Shown here in pieces: positions 1-7,796 of a stretch of 10,746 nucleotides of DNA. Position 1 is the first letter of the stretch, and every line of letters starts with the position of its first letter. Both the position numbers and the translations under genes were made by a program. The stretch comes from Octopus sinensis. Its lineage: Eukaryota. The stretch is from NCBI RefSeq assembly GCF_006345805.1, contig NW_021827109.1:1-10746 (forward strand), read 5' to 3'. The notes under the pieces were generated by a model, which saw only the letters and a program-made list of their open reading frames with translations, did no database searches and had not been told where the DNA came from.

Positions 1-125
1 ACACACGTACATACATGCATGCATACATACACACACGTACATACATACATACACAGACGCATGTATGTATACATATATATATATATACACACATACACAA
101 AACATATATACTTTCATATACACAT
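1..125. repeat. Compound (TACA)n/(CA)n/(TA)n microsatellite
   Basis: Direct reading: acacacgtacatacatgcatgcatacatacacacac...tatatatatatacacacatacac. Confidence 0.9.
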
Positions 126-1385
126 ACCTAAACACAAAACAAAGGGGCAGCGGGTTAACATCAATCCAGATTGCCTGTCAATGTCACATCGTATCCCTTG
201 GGCAACATTTTGTAACCAGCAAGAGTCGAAGTGCATCCCTTGACCCAGTTTGCACATATGAGGCTGATAACATCATAGGACTTGGAAGGCAGCTCTTTGA
301 GCAACATTCCTTGTCCGATAACCTTAAATACATGTCCAAAGAAGTCGCACGACTCTACTGCAATCTATCATCACATGAATGGATGAGCTGATATGAGCAG
401 AAGACATTGCGTGGATAAGTTAGTAGAAAGCTCCAAGATAAGGTGACAGTAACGTTGATCCACAAAGCAATCTATCATGGACCAGTGGCGGAATTACTAG
501 CTTCCACTTCGCAGGGTATGTGATTGCAATCCACGAACAGGAAATATCAACCAAATGCCTGATACACAAAAGGGAAAGAGATGCAGGGAAAGCAGTAAAA
601 TGACAACCGATGCCGACTTCGTAGAGTAAACACCGAAGATATCAACCACATCATAAGCAGTTGTCCAAAAATGTCATCACAGTATTATCGACTGTTGAGA
701 AATGATGTTGTATCTAGGACACCCGATAATAAAAATCCGTCAGAAGTATAACCCCGAGGAGAAAGAAGAACCCACACTATGGTAGAAGCCATAGCCACTC
801 ATAATAAAAATGAGTACTAGTGGAATGTTTCAGTGAATACCTTAATAAAATGTAAGAAGAACGGACCTGATATAAGGATCTGGGATAGAAAAGGGAAACC
901 AAACAGTTGTGGAAATTAGCTGCTCAGTGGATGTTAACATAAAGCTGAAGATCAGTGAAAATGAGAACGCCTATACTGGAGTATTGAGAAATCTGCAGTT
1001 TCTTTATCCAGATTACAAATTCAGGTTTATACCTGTAAATATTGGGTCCCTAGGATATGAAACACACTGTCTAAATACCAATTTTGAGAAATTCGGCTTC
1101 TCAACAGCAGAAAAGAGAAAGCGGATTCGAAGAGAATAGATCCAGTCCATCACTGGAACTGTAAGAATCTGTAAACTTTCCAGAAGTTTAACATTTAAAT
1201 ATATATCAGCATGTGATGATATACAACTATATGCTTGAGAATACATACATAAAACATACAAATCTGTACACATATACATACAAAAATACTCTTTTGCTGA
1301 TGTTGAACTTCCTATGAAAGAACCTTGGATCTAGGTTAGAAACCGGCGCTTTCCCTATTGGCAAGACATCAAGAAATAATATCAT
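115..1385 (+). mobile_element. 5'-truncated, decayed non-LTR retrotransposon of the RLE type (R4/Dong-like)
   Basis: Post-RT motif KQRGSGLTSIQ (137-169; resembles the xxGGRGL motif), FAGYVIAIHEQEISTK (508-555), CCHC finger C-R-L-R-x8-H-x4-C (611-664; second Cys codon is CGT), P-D-I-R-I-W-D (866-886), V-E-I-S-C (909-923), C-terminus IQSITGTVRICK..FQKFNI-stop (1140-1198), then a ~185-nt 3' UTR ending in a degenerate aaataatatcat tail. The domain order RT-CCHC-RLE is established for R2/R4/NeSL/CRE clades; the R4/Dong assignment rests on recalled motifs. Confidence 0.8.
137..1198 (+). pseudogene. Disrupted C-terminal ORF of the RLE retrotransposon (RT thumb region, zinc knuckle, PD-(D/E)xK nuclease)
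   Basis: Reconstructed across frames +2 (137-~480), +1 (508-600), +2 (602-~900) and +3 (~903-1175), with in-frame stops (e.g. 389-391, 818-820, 1137-1139) and at least four frameshifts. Confidence 0.8.
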
Positions 1386-2292
1386 GGAATATATATACGT
1401 TGCCATACTCAGTGCCCCGATCCATCATTCAGTGAGATATCCAAGTGCTAGATTTCTTCTATTGAATATCTTTAGAGCAGAACAAAAAAGATTTCTTTGA
1501 TATTTGACAAAACTGCAAACATCATTTTTGCAAAATCAATAACGTTTCTAAAATTTTTAAATTTTATTTATAGCATTTATGTTTCACTTTGTTTAGGGAT
1601 AAACATTTATTGTATTCAAATCAAAATTAAAAGTAATTTTTTGTTTTTCGGATTTTAAGATTTTTCTTTGAAGTTCTTTAAAGTTTTAATGTAAAATACG
1701 ATAATTCCACAGAAATATTTCTTTATTTAACAAATTATAACCTAGATTATTGCTTAAAATACTGTATTTATATGTAATCTATAAAAATATATCAAATATA
1801 TAGTCTCTTCAAATTTAATATGATGTTTCAGTCATATAATGTCATGCTATAACTTATAGAAGTCGAAATTTTACAACATTAAAATTAAGTTTATCAAATC
1901 GCATAACCAAGTTGTTAAAGACTTTCTAGCCATGGCCTTCTCATATGTATCCATTATCTAATATGTTTAATTCACGCAGTTATTTGGAGACACCATCGTT
2001 GGTTTGTAATAAAGTTTGTTATAATTCCAGACAATGTTCAATAATTCTCTGACAAATAATATCCGAGATAGAGAGAAAACATATTTCGTGCATTCCACAT
2101 TAAAATGTTGATGTAGGATAAAAGTGTGGTGAGAGAAAAATATATATCTTGTCATGAAATTGTTTGATATTTAAACAGTTCTTGTTTATTTCAACATATA
2201 TATACAAATTATATTTCCAGAACAATTACATTTATATTCAAAGTTTAATATAAAAATGAAAATCAGTTTTAAAATTTCGTTGATTGAAAGAA

Positions 2293-2415
2293 GGAAGATG
2301 TCGTTGCAATGTCGGACACAATAACTTGTAGCATTTATTCTCTCTGTACGATCTGAGATCAAATCCTGGTGCGGCCAACAATGCTTTCTTTTATCTTTCA
2401 GGGTGTTGATAAATA
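2293..2415 (+). mobile_element. Highly degenerate tRNA-derived SINE copy
   Basis: B-box-like ctgagatcaaatcc (2353-2366) followed by gctttcttttatctttcagggtgttgataaata, colinear with the better copy at 3570-3801 (gcctttcatcctttcggggtcgataaatta). Confidence 0.55.
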
Positions 2416-2451
2416 GAATAATAATCTAAGGGGGTGAACTTATGGAATATC

Positions 2452-2530
2452 TAGACATTGGCCAAGATGCCTCTCAGCATTTAATCTCTTTTTCATTGGT
2501 GTTCTGAGTTCAAATCCCGCTGGGGCCTAC
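2452..2530 (+). mobile_element. SINE head fragment
   Basis: ttctgagttcaaatccc (2502-2518) matches the B-box region at 3638-3654 and 6831-6846. Confidence 0.45.
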
Positions 2531-3334
2531 CCGTGTAGTAAACTTAACCTAACCCTTATTCTAACACTACCACTTGGCCCTTGGGGGTCACTTTAGCAGA
2601 GAATTTCTCTGTGGTATGTATCCATGTTAGGTATTTTGTGTTGAGGCTATCTTCCACCCACCCATCATTCAGAGACACTGAGGAAAAAAGTTGGTTCACA
2701 GGCAGGACCCTTCTCACCCTCTCTAAGTGTATAAAATAATGAAGTTTAGGAAGAAGAACCGATTAATTTTACTGACATAAAATAGATTTACAAACTTTAA
2801 ATTTCACTTTATTAATAGAAATCCTCTGTAAACTACCAAAAATAATGTATTATCAGATGAAGATTTTCATTCCTTTAGTTTCCCTTAAAGAGTTTTTTCA
2901 TAGTGATAACCAAACTATGTTTTAGATTTCGGAAATGTAAATAAAAAAGTTTTACTTGTGACACTGTAAAATATTTTCCCACTTTTTAGTCGATAAAACA
3001 CAAAACTAATTCCAATATAAAAGTATATTTATGTTTGAAATAGTTATAATGAATGTTTTTACAAGGTAAATGTGTTAGGAAATTGTATGTTAATTATAAG
3101 AAACATGACAGTAATATTTACCAGTAATCAGGTTTCAATTTCAGTCTGAAGTTCTTCTGTCTCAGGAGAGAGTCCCGTCTTTGCAAATCCAGTTCTTTAA
3201 CTAGGCAAAAGCTTCTGTGAAGTTTATTATATACTATACACGGATGGCGATTATGTCCTCATGTATGTGTTTCTATGTTTTAGTGTGTGTACGTGTGTTT
3301 GGGTGTTTATGCTGTAGTATGTATATGTTGTGTA

Positions 3335-3358
3335 TGTGTGTGTGTGTGTGTGTGTGTG
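3335..3358. repeat. (TG)12 microsatellite within a TG/TA-rich stretch starting near 3260
   Basis: Direct reading. Confidence 0.95.
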
Positions 3359-3430
3359 TTAGTCGTTTACATAAGGAAACTAATCTCACAAACTGAATGT
3401 TATATTTCTCTCCCCACCCCCCAATTACAC

Positions 3431-3537
3431 TTTCTCTCTTTCTCTCTCAGATGACGTCAACTCCATCGCCGTCACCTCCACCTTCACCTCTTAAATTGAC
3501 CTCTTTCTCTACAAACAACATTCAGCGCTTCTCATGA
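3431..3537 (+). other. Candidate 3' splice site and short terminal exon of an unidentified host gene
   Basis: tttctctctttctctctCAG (3431-3450) is a strong polypyrimidine tract plus AG. The downstream sequence reads (x)DDVNSIAVTSTFTS-stop (stop 3492-3494) or MTSTPSPSPPPSPLKLTSFSTNNIQRFS-stop (stop 3535-3537). No homology recognised. Confidence 0.25.
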
Positions 3538-3569
3538 ATGCTTTTTGAGGCGTTTTGCTTCCTACAGAA

Positions 3570-3801
3570 GGCGACGAGCTGGCAGAAACGTTAGCACGCC
3601 GGGAGAAATTCGTAGCCGTATTTCGTTTGCCGTTACGTTCTGAGTTCAAATTCCGCCGAGGTCGACTTTGCCTTTCATCCTTTCGGGGTCGATAAATTAA
3701 GTACCAGTTACGCACTGGAGTCGATGTAATCGACTTAATCCCTTTGTCTGTCCTTGTTTGTCCCCTCTGTATTTAGCCCCTTGTGGGTAGTAAAGAAATA
3801 G
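3570..3801 (+). mobile_element. Near full-length tRNA-derived SINE (octopus-type)
   Basis: Head ggcgacgagctggcagaaacgttagc with an A-box-like segment, B box GTTCAAATTCC (3644-3654), central gtcgactttgcctttcatcctttcggggtcgataaattaagtaccag, tail ccccttgtgggtagtaaagaaata. Related copies lie at 2293 and 6774. Family name not determined. Confidence 0.85.
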
Positions 3802-5272
3802 ATATACCGTAGACCTGACAAATAGGGAGCAGATGCTCTGAAACTGACGCTCCCATCAGAGGCAATTGAAGCAGCGGAGAGAAGAACGGTGCTTTTCAGA
3901 TGCAGCACAGCAGGCACGAAAAGAGCGGCGTTGTCCAAGTAGACATAGCGAGGGGCAAGCAATACGGCACCGTTTCGGTGCAGTTTAAATCAGAAGCCCT
4001 CGCTATGAAACATTCAATGACCCTCTGCAAAACCAGCAAAGTCATCAAGTGCCCCACCCACATGGGGAAACGTACAGTCCGCGTCCGCATTCCTAGAATA
4101 CCCCCAGGACTAGATCATTGATGGCTTCTCGGATACGTAATCGTGGCGGGGACGGATATTGTCCCTATAGAGGCGATAAGAACTGCGAGGGAGAACTGGT
4201 CGATTGACCTGGAGATGCTTCTCCAGATCAAAACCGAAAACATAAAAAAAAACCCGGATGACATCCGTCTCTAGAATGGGACAGTAATACATACCATGAC
4301 TGAGGGCAAAATGCCTCATTGTGTAGAAAGGACTTATTTGGCTGCTCGCTGCCCCCTACAGCCTCCATTGATGCCTATGCCGGGAGGAGAACCACAAACA
4401 TCACCAGCACCGGCAAAATCAACAGCAACAACACCAAAGACATTAACCACCCTAAGGGGAAACAAGGAAAGCTCTCCCTCATCACACAAAACAGAAATAC
4501 ACACATAAACATGATTATAAACATACACACTAACACACTTACAGCAACAGCCCCTTAGCCTTCCAGTGGCGAAGATGAAGGAAAACCGAAAGGTCCAAAA
4601 AAAAAAATAATAAATAAAGCAAAGTACAAAAGAAAACCTCCAGACACCATAACAACATACACAATAAAAACTACAAACACCACCCACGCAAACATCTCTC
4701 CGAAAACACCAACACAACCAGCACAATCATTTTCACCAGAATCCCCCAAACGCAAACAACCAAAACAGCAACAGACACTCACACAAACATCTACAACTGC
4801 AGGAACAGAAGCAACAACACCGTCACCACTGCAATCAAGCAAACAAATTAAACAACACCAACACAAAACACCCAATCATCAGAAGGGACAACGAGGAACT
4901 GAGGGCACTCGTAACACAAAACACGGAATTTGAAAGAGGAGGGGGTGATCATTGAATCGAACACGTTTCGTGTACCAGCTCTCTCAAATTTTTGTGCTGG
5001 AGTCGTGCGACATTCGCACCAGAAGTGAATCTGGTTTAGATGTTTGTGTGAGAGTCTGTTGCTCTTTAGGTTGTTTGCCTTTGGGGGATTCTGGTGAAGG
5101 TGATTGTGTTGGTTGTGTTGGCCTCCATGTTCGATGACTATCAGATTCGGAGGACGTAGGAACCGCTAACATGAGACCCACATCGAGGCTCTTAAAGGAG
5201 TTCCCTAAAGAGACCCAAACAAGTATGGAATTCGAACCACCCGACCTTCACAAGACACTGGGAAGTAAGTAA
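3802..5272 (+). pseudogene. Disrupted ORF1 (gag-like nucleic-acid-binding protein) of the L1/Tx1-like element
   Basis: Frame +1 (ALKLTLPSEAIEAAERRTVLFRC) shifts to +3 (GVVQVDIARGKQYGTVSVQFKSEALAMKH...RTVRVRIPRIPPGLDH*WLLGY...EGKMPHCVERTYLAARCP; the last part resembles a degraded EGxPxxC..C..GHxxxxCP knuckle). A T/P/Q/K-rich tail follows, and the final segment DSEDVGT...KTLGSK ends at TAA 5270-5272. Multiple stops and frameshifts. Confidence 0.65.
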
Positions 5273-5303
5273 ACCTTTTCCTTTCTTTCTTTAGCTTGCC
5301 AAC

Positions 5304-5689
5304 ATGGCCATACCATAAGGAGTATCTTTAAATGTGCGAGGCCTGGGGACACCCTGGAAGGAGGGACAACTGCTCAACGACTTCAGGTCTGTAGAACTGG
5401 ATATAATTGCTGTCAGTGAAACAAGATTTCCAATACACACACAGTGGTGGCCTCCATGTTCGATGACTATCAGACCTTTGCATCTGTTAGTCGGACGGGA
5501 ATGGGAAGTGAAGAGGCAGTACTGTTTAGGAAAGAACTGGATCTCGAGGTAAAGTCGATCTTCCGGGACCCCAACGGGAAGTTGGTGGTCCTGGACGTGA
5601 GCAACAGGGAAGATAAGGTCTTTTGACTGGCGGCCATCTACGCTCCTACCAGGGCTAAACAGCCAGATTTCTTTGGGCGTCTGGAAGCC
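5304..5689 (+). pseudogene. N-terminal half of ORF2 apurinic-like (APE) endonuclease, disrupted and 3'-truncated
   Basis: ATG at 5304 in gccaacATGg; SLNVRGL (5325-5345), DIIAVSETR (5400-5426), AVLFRK, DPNGKLVVLDV, AIYAP (5633-5647), DFFGRLE. These follow the L1/Tx1 endonuclease motif order. Stops at 5316-5318 and 5624-5626; frameshift at the acacacac run near 5434-5443. Confidence 0.9.
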
Positions 5690-5733
5690 TGTAACGGAAT
5701 CTAGGATCAAAGCTGGGATTGTGTGCGAATAGC

Positions 5734-5858
5734 TTCCAAATAGGAAAGCGTTGTTCTAGAAAGAGCAGTAGAAATCTCAAAAACCACAAAAAAAGGGTAA
5801 ATTTGTGTTTTTTGTGCTTTCTACTGCTCTTTCTAGCACAACGCTTTCCTATTTGGAA
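5734..5858. repeat. Long palindrome: 57-bp stem with 11-nt loop (MITE-like or hairpin RNA)
   Basis: Outer arms 5734-5774 and 5818-5858 pair at 40/41; inner arms 5775-5790 and 5802-5817 at 13/16; loop aaaagggtaaa (5791-5801). Confidence 0.9.
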
Positions 5859-5885
5859 TCCTCTAATTGTATTTCTAATTTAATT

Positions 5886-5902
5886 TATATATTTATATAT
5901 AC

Positions 5903-5984
<82 letters not shown>

Positions 5985-6008
5985 TATATATATAATATAT
6001 ATATATAT
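5886..6008. repeat. Interrupted (TA)n microsatellite
   Basis: Direct reading. Confidence 0.95.
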
Positions 6009-6018
6009 GTCTAAATAT

Positions 6019-6239
6019 ATAGAGTGGTTGTATACTGCCAACTTAACGGGACAGCACCACTGTTTAGCCCTAGGAAGCATCGACGCTTCATGTCGACCTT
6101 GACACATTTCCTGTATCCTTATATATTTACGATCTGTCAAGGTCGACAGGAAGCGTCGATGCTTCCTAGGGCTAAATAGCGGTATTGTAATTCCCTTACG
6201 GGACTGTCACGTTAAGTTAACAGTATACAACCACACTAT
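6019..6239. repeat. Long bipartite inverted repeat (putative MITE)
   Basis: Inner arms 6063-6104 and 6135-6176 pair at 41/42 around a 30-nt loop; outer arms 6021-6054 and 6204-6237 pair at 30/34. The right arm carries ~19 extra nt. TA dinucleotides lie at 6020-6021 and 6237-6238. The inverted repeat is certain; the MITE label is inference. Confidence 0.85.
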
Positions 6240-6290
6240 CGCTCCACCACTGCATATATCTCTATGAGATATTTAGAAATTTAATATTTC

Positions 6291-6330
<40 letters not shown>

Positions 6331-6585
6331 TATATACATATATATACAAGCATATATATATATATATTTATATATATGTAAACGTTATAAATATATATTT
6401 ATATGTATGTGTGTGTGTGCATACGCACACATATGTATATATTTATACATATATAACGGCGCCCTGGCATGATTACAGCTGACACTAGTTAAAGAGCTGT
6501 TATGCATATACATGTGTTATACATATACACACCTAATTCAATTAAATACACACATATATACGCATGTATGTATATGTATTAATAT
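6291..6585. repeat. Compound (TA)/(TG)/(CA) microsatellite region
   Basis: Direct reading; interrupted by a short non-repetitive stretch near 6456-6500. Confidence 0.85.
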
Positions 6586-6773
6586 GCATCCTTATCCTTA
6601 TGTTAGAACATTCACACAAACAAGAGACAAGATACAAAAGCAGAATGAAACACTCCCAGCAACATTCCAATGAGAGGATGGATTGGTTGATAATGTTGAT
6701 GTCCTACTTAAGGGAAATGTCTAGTTCCATAAACGAGGTCAACCGGATTATTGTTATCATTAGACTCTTTTAA

Positions 6774-6968
6774 GGCAGACTCGTTAGTACTCCGGGCGAA
6801 ACGCTCACCAGTATATCGCCCGTCACTACGTTCTGAGTTCAAATCCTACCGTGGTCGTCTTCGCTTTTCATCCGTTCGGGGGTCGATAAAATAAGTACCA
6901 GTGAAACACTGGGGGCGATGTAATCGACCAGTGCCCTGCCCACAAAGTTCCAGGCCTTGTGCCTATAG
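6774..6968 (+). mobile_element. tRNA-derived SINE sharing head and centre with the 3570-3801 copy but with a different tail
   Basis: ggcagactcgttagtactccgggcgaaa head, B box GTTCAAATCC (6837-6846), cttttcatccgttcgggggtcgataaaataagtaccagt centre, tail caggccttgtgcctatag. Confidence 0.8.
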
Positions 6969-7200
6969 CAGACTCATGATCGTAAGATTGTGGTTTCAAT
7001 TCCAGGTCCGTGAGTTTCGTTGTGTCTTCGAGCTAAGCACTTCAGTTCCCATTGCTCCAGACTCCAGTCCACTCAGCCAGCAAATGTGGGTCATCCTGTG
7101 ACAGGCCGACGCTCCGTCCAGGGGTGGGGATATATGTATCATAAAAACCGGGAAACTGGGAAACCAACACCCACGAGTCTATATGATACGAGAAGGGTCT
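6966..7200 (+). mobile_element. Second SINE type, 5'-truncated, with a CORE/V-like central segment
   Basis: gcagactcatgatcgtaagattgtggtttcaattcc resembles a tRNA anticodon arm (CAT) plus T-arm/B box. It is followed by ttgtgtcttcgagctaagcacttca...ccagtccactcagc, recalled as CORE-like, and gacaggccgacgctccgtccagggg. Superfamily is inferred from memory. Confidence 0.55.
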
Positions 7201-7220
7201 TTAACCATTATACCCTATTA

Positions 7221-7279
7221 TATTCTTTATTGCATTATGTGTTTCAACCCCAAATCTGTGGCCATGCTGGGGCTGTGCC
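7221..7279 (-). mobile_element. Degenerate 3' end of the SINE family seen at 8711-8940
   Basis: tgtttca...ctgtggccatgctggggc aligns loosely with the reverse complement of 8885-8922 (tgtttcagacatttgactgcagccatactggagt). Confidence 0.4.
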
Positions 7280-7440
7280 AGTGTCATCACCTTTGCAAAG
7301 GCCATTCTCACGTGATTGGTTTCATCTGGAGTCTGAAGGCCAAGGTGATTCTTAAAAACATCTACAGCCCCTTCATGTATATCTCTTAGGGGTTCTAGCA
7401 AGATCTTAAATAGCCGTGATTTTTAGAATCCTAAGCTGTT

Positions 7441-7671
7441 GCGGCGGCTGATAGTTACTCTAAACTGGATCAATGGGACCTTGGGAACAGCGCAGTGGTT
7501 TCCTGTTTGGGAGCTGGTACCAAGTGAGGTTGTGGAACCACTGGCAGAATATCCGAGAATGTATGTTTCCAATGCGGTAGATGCAGTGGAGCAGGTCATA
7601 TGCGCACAGCAGAAATTGAGTCCCTTAAATGTTTGGCTGGCTCATTAGAAGGTGTTGATCGGTTTTGCTAC
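7441..7671 (+). pseudogene. RTE-clade reverse transcriptase fragment (Cys-rich insertion plus VDxFCY motif)
   Basis: Frame +1, absent from the ORF track because of TGA at 7525-7527: ...K*GCGTTGRISENVCFQCGRCSGAGHMRTAEIESLKCLAGSLEGVDRFCY. This resembles HKRCSGITGRL..F.CGRC...SLKC.GGSLE.VD.FCYLG recalled from invertebrate RTE elements. Confidence 0.55.
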
Positions 7672-7682
7672 GAAAGAATTGT

Positions 7683-7796
7683 AAAATAAACGAGGCCCAG
7701 TATATACCCATGATGACTACCCGTCTGATAAGGGTACACCAGGCACATGCATCACAACCATATGTACGCGACATGGTTATCTCATATCAAGATAAA
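7683..7796 (-). mobile_element. Fragment of an abundant octopus retroelement 3' region
   Basis: Minus strand tttatcttgatatgagataaccatgtcgcgtacatatggttgtgatgcatgtgcctggtgtacccttatcagacgggtagtcatcatgggtatatactggg matches, from recall only, a high-copy octopus repeat. No in-window partner. Confidence 0.45.

Larger units (their letters stand above)
3802..5689 (+). mobile_element. Decayed L1/Tx1-clade non-LTR retrotransposon (ORF1 plus 5' part of ORF2); may be two nested copies joined at ~5027
   Basis: Two-ORF layout: ORF1 with a degenerate zinc knuckle and low-complexity tail, a short spacer, then ORF2 beginning with AP-endonuclease motifs. Homology stops abruptly at 5689. Confidence 0.8.

Noticed and set aside
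19-136. N-termini of ORFs 19-243 and 65-391, and similar YI/HT-repeat ORFs at 5880-6140 and 10452-10637
   Set aside because: Translations of microsatellites.
1967-2155. Short ORFs 1967-2155 (-), 6564-6773 (+) and 8592-8825 (+)
   Set aside because: Near the length expected by chance, with no recognisable motifs or consistent splice signals.
2591-2619. Microexon between ctttAG/cAG and GTATGT, overlapping a 7-bp palindrome cagagaa-t-ttctctg
   Set aside because: No pyrimidine tract upstream; such short signals are expected by chance.
3570-3660. tRNA gene suggested by A/B-box-like motifs (also 2502, 6837, 6992)
   Set aside because: No complete cloverleaf, and each continues into SINE body sequence.
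4334-4875. Minus-strand ORFs 4334-4726 and 4555-4875 rich in C/V/G/F
   Set aside because: Antisense shadows of the A/C-rich ORF1 tail of the retrotransposon.
5734-6239. CRISPR array or prokaryotic terminators suggested by palindromes
   Set aside because: No regularly spaced direct repeats with unique spacers, no cas genes, and the context is eukaryotic.
6256-6297. Short palindromes atatctc-tat-gagatat and atatttagaaat-ttaat-atttctaaatat
   Set aside because: Short and AT-rich next to (TA)n, where self-complementarity is common; they cannot be tied to an element end.
5690-6480. Solo LTR starting TGTAAC at 5690 with a possible end near gattaca (~6477)
   Set aside because: No matching terminal inverted repeat, target-site duplication or convincing primer-binding site.
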